This document shows positions 1-15,083 of a stretch of 64,000 bases of DNA, one piece after another (the stretch's first letter is position 1; every line of letters begins with the position of its first letter). This stretch comes from the human T2T-CHM13v2.0 reference genome, Homo sapiens, in NCBI RefSeq assembly GCF_009914755.1, contig NC_060926.1; one strand, 5' to 3'. The notes beneath the pieces are model-generated. The model did not search any database. It was not told the DNA's origin and saw nothing but the letters and a program-made list of their open reading frames with translations. A program made the position numbers and the translations under genes.

Positions 1-219
1 ATTGAATTGGATTCTAGTGCCCCTTACATCAGATGACTTAGATAACTTAGGCTCATATTGATTTGTCAGTGTTACATTGCATAGCCTATATTTAGACAAT
101 ATTTTAAAATTACATTTAAAAAATCCTTAATGTGTATTCAGTATCTATTTGATATTAAAATAGATAACCCTTGGTGAAATAGAGGAACTATTTATTTTAG
201 ACCTATAATAATTAGGTAA

Positions 220-444
<225 letters not shown>

Positions 445-1569
445 TGAGCTAGGTTAAAATAGTCTGAATATTTTACATATTTGTCAATTGACTAGCTGGA
501 TGTTTTATCTTAGAACTTGATACAGCTCTAGTTTTTTAGTAACATCACAAATGTATTTGTTAGTGACCAAAATTGACTTCACTTTGATTAATATAATACA
601 ACCATTGGGCAAATGATGGGAATACACATGTCAAAAAAATAGCATTATTTATTCATTCCCTTACCTTTTTGTAGCACCACCATTTTGAGGTAGAAATAAT
701 TTTTTAAAATTATCTCTCTTCTTAGAAGTTTGTTTTTGTTTTGATAAGCTCATAATACCTATCTAAAAGCGTGGTTTAAGGCCATAGGGAAATGTATGCT
801 AGTTTCATGAAAATAAGTAACATTATGTTATTAAGAGATAGAAAAAGTAATTGTTTTTCCAAAGAAACCCCTTAGATACTAGTTTTGTTTTCTGGGTTTC
901 GCCTCCTAAATAGCAGCTGGAAATATATGTATATTTTCATCCTCAGCTTCCCTTTGTTTTTGTTCATGGGTTCCCATGTAAATAAGGTAGGAGTGTAAGT
1001 TACCAAAAAAAGACAGAAAAAGGAAAATGATCAGCCCACAACTGAAAAGTTTAGAGGTAGGACTTCCTTGGGTGAGTCATGCTACAGTCTAGATAGTTTC
1101 ACAGGGCTTGGGCTTGGTTTCTCTCCTCCTTCACTCTCATCTGTTTGCTCTGTATTAGCACCTTTCTAGGATGGGATTTCCCTTCAGACTGACAAGAAGG
1201 CTGTAGGTGCTCTAACGTTATACTTTGCCAGGTTGAAGGCCAGTAGAGATTTTCTTAGGAGCTATATATAGCAGAAGCCCTTGGACTCACTGTAGTTGTA
1301 GAGTGGAGTTTGCATGCCCATCTTAGAACCTGTCTTTGTGACCTGCAAATTGAATGCACAGATTTATTTAGACTTTAGGTCACATGTTGAAGCTGGATGG
1401 GACCCTAAACTGATCATGTTGGCTGAGAATAGGGCGCAATAGATCCTCAAAACTTGAAATGGGATTTCCTGTTAGGTAATAAGGCCCCCAAAACACATAC
1501 GTTTTCACTATAGAGAATATAAGCAGTAATATATCTATGTTTTAAAGAAAGAGTGGAAACTATATAACC

Positions 1570-1720
1570 ACGGTAGTATGCTACTGAAATCATTAGATTA
1601 AGAACTCTAAGATTTGGAATCTAGTCTGTTTACCAGCAGTACTACTTGGAATAAGTCATTTAACTTATTTGGGCCTCAATTTCCTGATTTGTTGAATGAG
1701 GAAGTCGTGTTAAGGCACTT
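1570..1720. mobile_element. MIR SINE fragment
   Basis: Core-like text tacttggaataagtcatttaacttatttgggcctcaatttcctgatttgt. Confidence 0.6.
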
Positions 1721-2233
1721 AAAAAAAGAATATCTGCTGTTTGAGTCCTAGTTGCTGATTGTTCTTTCTGGCCAAGGCATTTATCTCTAATGTACCTTTC
1801 AGTGACAACATTTTTTGAATTGATTTATCACTGATGTAACACTTGTGGACTATTTAAAAGCAATAGATTAAATTATTCTCATTTTCCAGTTTCTCTACCT
1901 TATTAAAATACTTTTTTACATGTTATAGATAATTCACTATAATAAATCAATAAACCATAATACAAATATACACCAAACTCAAATAGCTTTGTTATGCTAT
2001 TTATAAATAAAACTTCATAAAAGGTACAGGTTTTACTGAATTCTTTTTTCTTTTGACAGCAAATTTTACTGGATGAGGTAACATTTATTGAAAGTTTAGA
2101 AGATCTAGTTCTATAAGAACAATACCAACAGTACTAGACCGAGACAATATTTAGTAAAAAATTAAGGCCATAAAACAGTATATTTAATCAGAATATCAGA
2201 TAAGAGCTATCTTAATATCCACAGTTTAAATAG

Positions 2234-2848
<615 letters not shown>

Positions 2849-2985
2849 TCCTTAGTTTATTTACAGTGTTTTTTGGTCACAACAAATCATTCTAATTATT
2901 CTATTACAGTATATACTATATTATAATATGATGTGATATATATTAGCCTATGATTATATATTGCCACAGTTTTCATAATCTTTGA

Positions 2986-3207
<222 letters not shown>

Positions 3208-3863
3208 TAAAACATGTAATTCAAATAGTCTTGCTGGAACGGATAGCAGCAGACCTCAGTTTTATTCTAAGCACTGCCACTTACCAGCTATATGACAATG
3301 GGAAAGGAACTTGATCTCAGCTTATTTTTTTTTCATGTGTATCAGATTAAGCGCCATGAACTCTAAGGTCTCTTATAGTTATATCTGATGAATCTGTGAA
3401 GAATGAAGTTTGTTCAAATCAAGTATTTTCTTAGTTTACTTCTTTTTATGAATAAATTCTGCCCAAATCAGTTAGAGCTTTTGGTTGCAAGCAACAGAAA
3501 AAGATTTTGACTAATTTAAAAATATGCTATATTAGAAGGATGTAGGGAGTTCATAGGATCCTAGGAAAGGCTGAAGAACCAGATGCTGAAAGGCAGGACT
3601 CCTTGCCGTGCCAGATGGCCTAGTTAGCAGGCCTGCTTGACTACCTTTGCCAGGTTGCTGCTGTGTGGTGGCTGACTCTAACCCTTTCCAGTATTTTCCT
3701 TGTACTGTTCCTGATCATTCTAGAGCTGAAGAATGATCATCCTATTGGCCCACTTTTGGGTCTCAAGCACACATGTTACTTGGTGGGGATTGAGGAGGAG
3801 AGGAAGGGCTCTTGGAAGTCTGCAGACACTATCATTCAAGAAAAGACTGAGGATGTATTAAAT

Positions 3864-4045
3864 CAAGCTTGTCCAACCCCCAGTCCACAGGCTGTATGCA
3901 ACCTAAGACAGCTTTGAATGAGACCCAACACAAATTTGTAAATTTCCTAAAAACATTGAGTTTTTTAAATGATTTTTTTTAAGTTCATGAGCTATCAATG
4001 TATTTTATGTGTGGCCCAAGGCAGCCAAAAGATTGGACACCCCTG
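3864..4045 (-). mobile_element. MER30 (hAT-Charlie non-autonomous DNA transposon)
   Basis: Ends caagcttgtccaacc ... ttggacacccctg. 8 bp TSD tattaaat/tactaaat. Confidence 0.85.
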
Positions 4046-4834
4046 TACTAAATGAAAATTGGTCTGACATTTTGAACAGAAGGAAGATGGAGGCTGGGGA
4101 GCAAAACCATGAATTGTCCACTAGGGAAGATCTGTTCATAGTCTAGGAAAAATGAGCATTTTATTTCCTTATATTTAACATGTTGTCAAATTATCTAGAT
4201 AATTTGTACCTCAGGAAACCCTACATTGATCTCAAGTTGTGTACATTCCTCAAAATATTCAAACATTGCATATTTTAGCCATTAAATTTTGAAAAAAGAA
4301 AAATTCTCTAACCTGCGGTAGTCTAGACCGGTTGCACTGTCAGCCTGCTACCACTTCCTGGGCCTTTTCAGTATGTGTTGGCATAAAATCAAATTGCTTC
4401 TTGGCTTTCCCTACCACCAGCCTTGGTGAGTCAATTATGATAGCTTATTTTCCTTTATTCTTGTAGGTTTGTGTTTTTACAGAATAAAAACAAAGCAAAA
4501 CATTTAGTGTTATTTTAGTGAAGATTTTAGAGTAAAAGTTGAATGCATGTATATCATCATCTTCAGTCATTTTTCAGAGATAATTCTTTTGGTTTATCAA
4601 GTGTTTTGGCTCACAGCTGAGGGGTAGTTGCTACCTGGGTATTTCATACTGATTAGGAATAGTCCTAGTACTTACCCTGATCCAGAACATGGATGACATT
4701 TTACATATGTTTATCTGCAGCATTTTGTCATCTAACATTATTATGACTGTCTGTTATTTTGAAGGCTATCAGTTTTCTCTAGTTTTTAAAATCAAGTTTG
4801 ATTTTTATTTTCATTCTGTGTTGGCAAGTTTCAA

Positions 4835-4930
4835 TTTTCTTTTTTGATTGGGTCTTGCTATGTTGCCTGCTCAGGCTGGGCTCAAACTCTGGATCCTCCC
4901 ACCTCAGCCTCTTAAGAAGCTGGGACTAAT
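4835..4930 (-). mobile_element. Old Alu monomer fragment
   Basis: gggtcttgctatgttgcc...gatcctcccacctcagcctc...gctgggacta. Confidence 0.65.
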
Positions 4931-5563
4931 TAGCCATATATGATCAAGAGAAATGTTATTTTTATTTCTATTTGAACTTAGTGCTTACAGGATTATTTAT
5001 TCAGAAATCAGAGGGTGGTTACTTTTGCTTTTCATGATGCAAAATATCATACAATCTTGCCAGCTGTCTGGCTTTATCCCATTCTATATTTGCAACTATA
5101 ATGAAATATTGATGAAAAACAATATTTAATTTCATACAACTCACTTCATTTTTAATAAAAATAACCTAAGGAGCATTTGAGTTTTATAGAGAAATGTACT
5201 TACACTAAAAATATATCTAAAATAACTGAATTATATAAGATAGCTTTATGAATTACAAAAGCCAAAATTATTTTCTAAAACCACATGGAAGTTCTGTTCC
5301 AGATTATTTGTTGGAAAAGATGTTGTTTGGATGAGTACTAAAATAAAAGTATGGGATTCTTGTTTAGTTTGAATTAGAGACCTTCTATAGTGATGCTTTT
5401 GAAGAATTTATTCTGCAAGCCTATCAGTCAAAGCAATACTACATTAGAAGTATGGATAACTTGATGATAGCCCTTACTTTGTAATTAACTGAGTAAGCTT
5501 GAAATAGGTACTTACCCAACTGAACATTAGTTTTCTTGTTTTTAAATTGGGAGAGTTGGATAT

Positions 5564-5745
5564 TGTGTTAGTCTGCTCAGGCAGCCATAACAAAATAACT
5601 GCAGAGTAGTAACTGGCTATTAACAGAAATTTACGTTTTCACAGTCTGGAGGCTACTGTCCAAGGTCAAGGTGCTGTCAGGGTTGGTGAGGCCTCTTCCT
5701 GGCTTCTAGATGGCCACTTTCTCAAGATGTCTCCACATGGCCTTT
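5564..5745 (-). mobile_element. MLT1-type MaLR LTR fragment
   Basis: tgtgttagtctgctcaggcagccataacaaaata...gtccaaggtcaaggtgctgtcagggttggtgaggcctc. Confidence 0.65.
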
Positions 5746-6570
5746 CCAGACACCAACCAGTTCTCCAATTTTCAGTGGACGTTGATTATATCCTATAATT
5801 CAATTCAATCCTGACATTATCTACCTACAGTTTGCGTCAGACCCCTCAGGTTAAGGGTTTAATCCCATAGGACTGCCCCCATTTCAGGTGCCCATTGCAA
5901 GCAGCAGGTTCTCAGTTTACCCATACCATCTGATTTGGCTTCAAATGGGGGGTTTGCACAATTCTCTCCTCAGGTTTGATAATTTGCTATGATGGCTCAC
6001 AGAAATCAGGGGAACACTTACTTACACTTACCAGCTTGTAATAAAGGATACAGATAAAGAGCAGATGAAGAGGTACATAGGGCAAGGTCTGTAAAGGTCC
6101 TGTGTACAGGAGCTTTTTCCCCCATAGAGTTGGGGTATATCACCCTTCTGGCCCATGGATGTGTTCATCAACCTGGAGGCTTTACAAACCCTATACTTGA
6201 GGAATGTTGATGGAGGCTTCCTCGTGCAGGCATGATCAATTATTAACTTAATCTCCAGCCATTCTCCTTCCTGGAGTATGAGGGGTGGTGCTGAAAGCTA
6301 CAGGCTTCTAAGCATGGCTTGTTGGTCACCAGCCCCCAAGCATGAGCCTGCCCAGAGTCAAGTTAGAACAAAAGATAATCCCAACACCCAGAAAATTCCA
6401 AGGGATTTAGGAGCTCTATGTTAGGAAACAGGATCAAAGACCACATAATAGAACAAAAGACACTCCTAGACTCCCTGTTGCTCAGGAAATTCCAAGTGTT
6501 TTAGAAGCTCTGTGCCAGTAACTAGGGACAGAGACCAAATATATATATATATATGTTGATTATGACACAA
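5746..6570. mobile_element. MER21-like LTR
   Basis: cagacaccaaccagttctcc...aattcaattcaatcctgacattatctacc...gatgaagaggtacatagggcaaggtc...ggaaattccaag resembles the MER21 consensus. Confidence 0.65.
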
Positions 6571-7269
6571 TCCCTAATGTCCCTAAATATTTTAGGATGT
6601 ATTACTATAAAATCAAAATTGTTCCTATGATCAGCTAGTGTTTGCAGAGCTGCTTTAGTTACAAATATGGTTAATTTGTTTTTTAAAGTTTAAATAGAAT
6701 TCTAGAATTCCTTGGAAAAAATATTAAGTGCAAGAGATTAATTTTTCAGATTGCTGTAGGAGAGTAGGTGGTTGAGTACAGAGTTTAATAAACAAGTGTT
6801 TTAAATGTGCATTTTAAATATACTTCAATGAAAAGAATGCTTTTCTACCTAACTCCTTCTAGACATGCATGCACACACATGCACACGGATACAGATACAC
6901 TCTCTTGCTACTGCCATACATATAGGATTTGGGGCAAACTCAATATGTCAACATCCTGTTTCCAAATGTGAGTTTTGTTGGATTCCTGTGGAGTGAACAT
7001 TGTTAGCATTACTCCATTCTGGAAGCAAACTCATTTATGCCTAGTTATAATCAAACCAATCCTCCATACAGATCTACAGCTAGCAGAAAGTTACTCTCAT
7101 TTCTTTTTTGTTTGACAAAACTTCATATTGTACAGTGCTGTGCTTGTTTGTCTATTAAATAAGAGAACAGTCACCATCTGTGAAATCATGGCCAATATTA
7201 GAGTGCCCATTTTAATATAACCTTAAAGCTTCATTCAACAATAGTGTGGTATAGCGAAAACTGAGTGCT

Positions 7270-7490
7270 TATGTGAGCCAAGGACTGGTGTCAGTGTTTC
7301 ACAAGTATTTACTCATTTAATCCTCAGCAGCTCACATGGGTTAGATATAACTGTTACTGCTCTGCAGATAAGGGAACTAGATACAAAAGAAATGAAACTT
7401 TCCCAAGACTACATAAAAATAAATGGTGAGGTGAGAGTTCCAATTCAGGCACTTTGGCTGTAAAGTCTACATGCATAACTGCAATACTGT
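7270..7490. mobile_element. MIR SINE
   Basis: tatttactcatttaatcctcagcagc...gcagataagggaactag...cccaagactaca. Confidence 0.6.
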
Positions 7491-7802
7491 TTCTCCAAAT
7501 CTTTTATCAAATTAGTGCAAAATTTGAAAGATAAAATTAAAGAACTGGTGGTCCCTCAATTTCTTCAGTGTCCTCAGTGCAGGTGGGAGCCTTATGCTGG
7601 ATGTTTTCTCATGGTAAAGATGACCAGAAACCAGCTGCCCCACCACTCACTCTTCTTACCCTATCTCCCTGAATACATATTAGAATGTAATTGATACTGA
7701 TAAGTAGATTTATTATATAGCTTTTTGAGCACAATGAAGTCTTTGTGATATTGAAACAGATTACCTCAAGATTAGCTGCCCAATAGCATTCACTTTTATC
7801 AT

Positions 7803-9300
7803 GTTTTTAAATTTTTTATCTTTATGGGTACATGATTGATAGGTGTTTATATTTCTGGGGTACATGAGCTATTTTGATACAGGCATACAGTGCATAATAA
7901 TCATGCATAATAATCACATCAACATAAATGGGGTATTACCTCAAGCATTGTTATAAATGTTTTAATCATACTCTTTATTTTTAAATGTACAATTAGTACA
8001 TTGTCTGTGTTCACTCTGTTGTACTATGAAAATACTAGATCTTATTCATTCTAACTAACTAACCATGCCTACTCTCCCCCAACCCCACACTACCCTTCCC
8101 AGCCTCTGGTAAACCATCATTCTACCCTCAATTTCCAGCTGTTTCAATGTTTAGCTCCCACAAAGGAATGAGAACATGCAAAGTCTGTTTTTCTATGCCT
8201 GGCTTATTTCATTTAACACAATGTCCTCAACTCCCATTCATGTTGTTGCAGATGACGGGATCACATCCTTTTTTATGGTTGAATAGTACTCCATTATGTA
8301 CATATATCACATTTTGTTTATCCATTCATCTGTTGATAGACACTTAGATCACTTTCAAATCTTGGCTATTGTGAACCGTGCTGCAATGAACATGGGCATG
8401 CAGATATCTCTTTGATATTCCTCTAGCGCTGCTGGGTTAGGGTCTTCCCGACTGAGCTGGTCTCAGCAACTGAGTTCCTTTCTTTTGGGTATATATCTAG
8501 CAGTGGGGTTGATGGGTCATATGGTAGCTCTGTTCTTTTGAGGAACATCCTAATTGTTCTCCATAGTGACTATGTTAATTTACATTCTCACCAACAGTGT
8601 ATGAGGGTTCCCTTTTCTCTACATCCTCACCAGCATTCATTATTGACTGTCTTTTGGATAAAAGTCATGTGAACGGGGATAAGATGATCTTATAGTAGTT
8701 TTGACTTGCAGTTCTCTGATCAAATATGTTGAGCCTCTTTTCATATTCCTGTTTGCCATTTGTTTGTCTTTTTTTGAGAAATGTTCTATTCAAGTCTTTT
8801 GCTCATTTTTTAATGGGATTATTAGAATTTTTCCTCTGGAGTTGAGTTCCTTATATATTCTGGTTATTTTCTCCCATTCTGTGGGTTGTCTCTTCCCTTT
8901 GTTGATTGTTTGCTTTGCTCTACAGAAGCTTTTGATGTTATCCCATTTTTGCTTTGGTTGCCTGTGCTTGCAGGGTATTACTCAATAAATCTTTGCCAAG
9001 ATTTATTGGAGAGTTTCCTCAATGTTTTCTTTCAGTGATTTCATAGTTTGAGGTCTTAGATTTAAGTCTTTAATCTATTTTGATTTGATTTTTGTATATG
9101 GTGAGAGATAAGAGTGTAGTTTCATTCTTCTGCATAAGGATATCCAGTTTTCCCAGCACTATGTATTGAAGAGACTGTCCTTTCCCCAATATATGTTCTT
9201 GGCACCTTTGTTGAAAATGAATTCACTGTAGATGTATGGATTTATTTATAGGTTCTCTGTTCTGTTCCATTGGTCTATATGTATGTTTTTACCAGTAGCA
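7803..9300 (-). mobile_element. 5'-truncated L1MA-type LINE-1 (3' UTR and end of ORF2), antisense to the gene, in an intron
   Basis: Typical antisense L1 3' text (gaatagtactccattatgtacatatatcacattttgtttatccattcatctg; ggatatccagttttcccagcac). Confidence 0.88.
8417..8468 (+). mobile_element. Terminal ~50 bp (U5 end) of a MER9 / HERV-K(HML-3) LTR
   Basis: attcctctagcgctgctgggttagggtcttcccgactgagctggtctcagca matches my recollection of the MER9 3' end (...ATTCCTCTAGCGCCGCTGGGTTAGGGTCTCCCCGACCGAGCTGGTCTCGGCA) and ends in the LTR terminal CA. Confidence 0.75.
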
Positions 9301-10209
9301 TTCATTTTTATGTTGAAATCATCCTAGTCAGCTTTTACTGCAGTAAAGCTTATCACAATGGCATTCGTATACGTATGTTCTCATAGCAGGAGGATAGTTG
9401 GTCAGTTGTGCTCTGTTCACTCTAGAGCCCAGGTAGAAGGAGCTGCAACTCTTAATGCTTCAAGTTTTAGAATTTTTGTATTCTATTTCTTTAGACCCCT
9501 GCTTAATTTGGTAAATCCTTTTTTTGAATTTGTCTTTAAAATATTTAAAGATTAAATATCTAGATAAAAAATAAATGCAGCTGATAATCAACATTCTATC
9601 TTAAAATCTCTTTGCACAAAGCTCAAGTTAGTTAAAAATATTTTCGCCCAGTTTATTTTACCAATTTTTTTGTTACTTGGGTCACCAGTTTTACGGCCTC
9701 TTGAAACAGTTTTCTCACTGCCTGGCCTAGAAGCCAATGTCATATGTTTTAAGCTTTCTATAGCAGCATCTCAGCATCTTCTGTCATATCCATTGCTGCA
9801 GTAACAAACAACCCTGCTGTCTCGGTGGCTAACAGTATCAAACGCTTATTTGCTACTTAACATTTCATGAGTGTTTCAGGATTGTCTGCTGCGCTGTTGG
9901 ACTTGGCTTCATTCAGTTCAACAGATATTCTCATTCTAGACCCCAGGTTGAAGGAATAACAACTCTCTGGGCTATGCTATTCACATATTAGAAGTCTTGA
10001 GCAAGAGGGCAGAGCCACACCATGCAAACTCATTTAATATGCTCACATTTCATTGGTTAAAGCGAGTCAGTCAATTAAGCCAAAGGATAGGGAAGGTTTA
10101 CTTCACCCATAGGGAAATCTGTCATAGGAGGGGGGCAAACAAATAAAAGTATGTACACTTATTCAATTTGCCTCACCCAGGATGTGACATAGTTGAGAAT
10201 TTGATCTAA

Positions 10210-10371
<162 letters not shown>

Positions 10372-10577
10372 TAAGAAAATGGCTATAAACACAGAAAACT
10401 ATCAAGTTATGGTATCATTTCAGTATATTCTGTACATTGAAAAGTTTATTTGTAGAAATAAATTTAATCTTATAATATATCCTTTTTTATTTTTAATCTA
10501 CATATCTCACAATAGCATTGCATGTATGATATGTAGATTGGGAGTGATTTTTAATAAATGAACCATTTGTGTCATAA

Positions 10578-11957
<1,380 letters not shown>

Positions 11958-13595
11958 CTCCAATGGGGATTGTGTGTCTGCTGTCTCGTGCTGTTTATTC
12001 TTGCTTCTTGTTGTAAATTGCAGTACGAACTTAAGAAAATGAGACTGAGCAATCTCATGGTTCTTGGACATGTCTCAAGCAGAGTAAATGGTAATTCAGT
12101 AATCAGAGAGAAAGATACCAAGGAATGCTTTTTCTGGCCTATTCATTTATTTTTGGGTGATGAATTTACAGTATCTAAGTTTTCAAAATGTAAAATAGCT
12201 TCAAGATGTTAGTTATCTGAAAATGTTGCTCAGCCAGCCAGTTTGGCCTTGACTCTCTTAAGAATAACAGTGAAATATATACTCCTCAAGTTGCCTCCAA
12301 AAATGTTGCCTCTACCATGGTGACTACCCCATGGAACATTTAGAAACAAAACTGACTTCAGGCATCATATTATTTTAAATGTTACTATTACGTCTTCTTC
12401 TGCCTATACTTAAAAATAACTTGATAAATGACTTGGACTGATGTTACTCTGGAGTTATCACAAAGAAAATGTTGTTTGGTCTTTAAAGAGCATGTGTATT
12501 GTATCATCCCAAACGTAAATCCTACATTTATATAAGATGGGCAAGAAGCTACTTGGTCATTAGAGAGGGAGACACCAGCTCTTTGGTTGTTTTTGGATAT
12601 AACTTTACAAAATAAGTAAGATGTTAATTTAGAAATTTGAGAAATTAATGCTCTAATACTGAGTTTTTATTTAAAAATTATTTTTTCTTCCCCTCAACAA
12701 TGAAGCAAGCTTAGCTGTCAAGGGAAACTTTTTACAAATCTGAAAAAAACAATCTATGACTTTGGTTTAAGGCTCACTGATACTTTTAGGCTAAATTGGT
12801 TTTAATATATTTCTTCTATTCTAAAAACCTGAACTCAGTCACTTAAAGGCTATGAAATTTAAAAAAAAAGTCGATGTGAAAGTTTCTTTTGAACACTAAA
12901 ATAAAATATGTGCAGATAAAATATACATTGATTTGTTTTTCTTAAATGTTGATGAGAAGAAAAAGAGATGCCATTTTCCTGAGGCTCAAAAATACCTTCA
13001 GGATAGTTGTATATCCAGTTATTGATTTTCTTAAAAGATGTGTAAGGAAAACAGTTTCAATTTCAGGGGAAAAGTAAAAGTTTTTCCCTAAGTCACTTAA
13101 AGCCTTTGCAACTTCTTTTTTCAGTTTTGTAAGTAATATATCTATGTTCTTTTCATTATAGCAAGCATTCAATGTGAACAACTTTTTAATTAACTCTGAA
13201 TTACCATTCATACATCCTAAAAATAAAAGCTCGTTATTCATTAAAATCAACTGATCCCATTTTTCTTAAAATTTCCCTGAAGGCAAATGTCTGAAGCACC
13301 TTTCCCTTGTGGGGGTAAAAATCCTAAATTGCTTTATTTTTCATTCCCTCCTATTCAACATGGGAGCAGCATAGAGACCCAAACCATGTAAACAAGTTCA
13401 GTGAACCAAAACAGCCACATTAGCTTCAGTAAAATTATAGCTAGATGTGCAATTTTTTCCTCCAACTTCTAACGTGTCAAATAACCTTCCTACTGTTCTG
13501 TGTTAACTGAAAGAACATAAAGACCCTAGGCAAATATTTGCTATATATTACCCCAATCCATAGAAGAAATAATGTTTTGGGTAATACCTAGGCTT

Positions 13596-13597
<2 letters not shown>

Positions 13598-13625
<28 letters not shown>
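13598..13625 (+). repeat. Poly(T)28 tract in the 3' UTR
   Basis: Read directly from the sequence. Confidence 0.95.
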
Positions 13626-13626
<1 letters not shown>

Positions 13627-14580
13627 GTGATAAGGCTCATAACAATTAGAGAAGGCTTCTTATTGGTCTTACACAGAAAGATACATCAAAAGCAGCATGA
13701 CTCAAAATGATTTGGAAAAGGTTAAAGTTAGTGCTCTGCTGAAGTGCCTTTGATATAGACTTGCATTATTAGAAGGATATAACATCTTTTTTAAGTGTGC
13801 ATTTTCTTTCAGTTAACCAAATTAAACAGATGTGCAGTTTTATTAAAAATATAGACCTAGTGTTTCATGTTGGAACAATAAATATTGCATGTGAGTAGTA
13901 TTTCTTGTTTTTTGAATACAGTATATATTGATAAATTGTTTATGTTGGAATGAAGTTAGAAACTATATAGCAAAACATTATATTTTAAGTGTTTATTTTT
14001 CCCACCTTTAAATAAAAATGTTTCATCTCAGCTTGGTAATGAAATACACATATTGGTATAAGGGTATACCATTCAGGTATGCCACTTATTTTATTCATTT
14101 TTGTGTAAGGGAAATGAGATGATGTATCCCAAGGGCTTTTCTAGAACTACTTGTTTGCTTTCAGAATAAAACCTTATTATTTTTTACACTGCACATGCTG
14201 TTCTCAATTGGTAATTATAGGCAATTTATCTTTTCTAATGATCAAAAGAGTGTGACTTCTCATTTGTGAGTAGTTCACAAATTTCCTGTTAAAAAGCTGA
14301 AACCATCTACTTTTTCTTAACCCAAGTGATAATAAACAATATTCACAACTTTCTTAAATTTTTAAATTGAAAACCAAGGTTTTTTCAAATATAAACCTAG
14401 ATGATTTTGGTCACAAATTGTTAACATTTGTCGATCCTTTGTATATACTTTGGATATATATTAAAGGCAAAACTATCTCTTGACTAACTGATGGATTCAT
14501 TTACTAAAGCACAGCTGTATGTATTTTTGAATACATATTATGATCTTGAGACTTTATAAATCAATTTTTATGACTTTATG

Positions 14581-14630
14581 CAGTTGTATAGGGATTATGC
14601 CCTTTCAGTTCTATAGGGATTATGCCCTTT
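14581..14630 (+). repeat. 25 bp tandem duplication in the 3' UTR
   Basis: cagttgtatagggattatgcccttt / cagttctatagggattatgcccttt (1 mismatch). Confidence 0.95.
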
Positions 14631-15072
14631 TATAATACATAATATACCACAGAGATTACAAATGTTGAGGAATGAAAGCACTTCTTTGCTTTGGCAATCA
14701 TTTTCAGACCACTATGTGTTTGAATCCTCTGGTATCAATACGTATTATAGGGTTTTAGAGATCTGTGGGTCAAATGATGTCCCTCAAAACTTCCTAAAAA
14801 GGTGAAGCTCAAAGTCACACATTCATTTATAAGGCGCATGAGTTTCTCATTTTCCCATGTACGAGCATTGTAAAGGAATTCAGCTGTATTAATTTCTATT
14901 TCAGATCTAGAATTGACATTTTGCCTTCTTGTTTCCAGGTGTTTCTATTTTTTGTATTCTTTCAGAGAAATCTCATATTTCGGTGTATTTATTGCTGTTA
15001 CTACTATATTTACTGCTGAAAACTGTAACAACCTGAAGATTTGTAAAATGTTAAACATAGTTCATTAAAAAT

Positions 15073-15083
15073 AATAAAATAAA
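15073..15083 (+). terminator. Likely main polyadenylation signal (two overlapping AATAAA)
   Basis: aataaaataaa at 15073-15083, an upstream ATTAAA, and downstream ttgtttaatttttggtg. Confidence 0.65.

Noticed and set aside
960-1500. Possible old MLT1 LTR pieces (also ~3465-3860 and ~9320-10140)
   Set aside because: Too diverged to name or bound reliably by eye.
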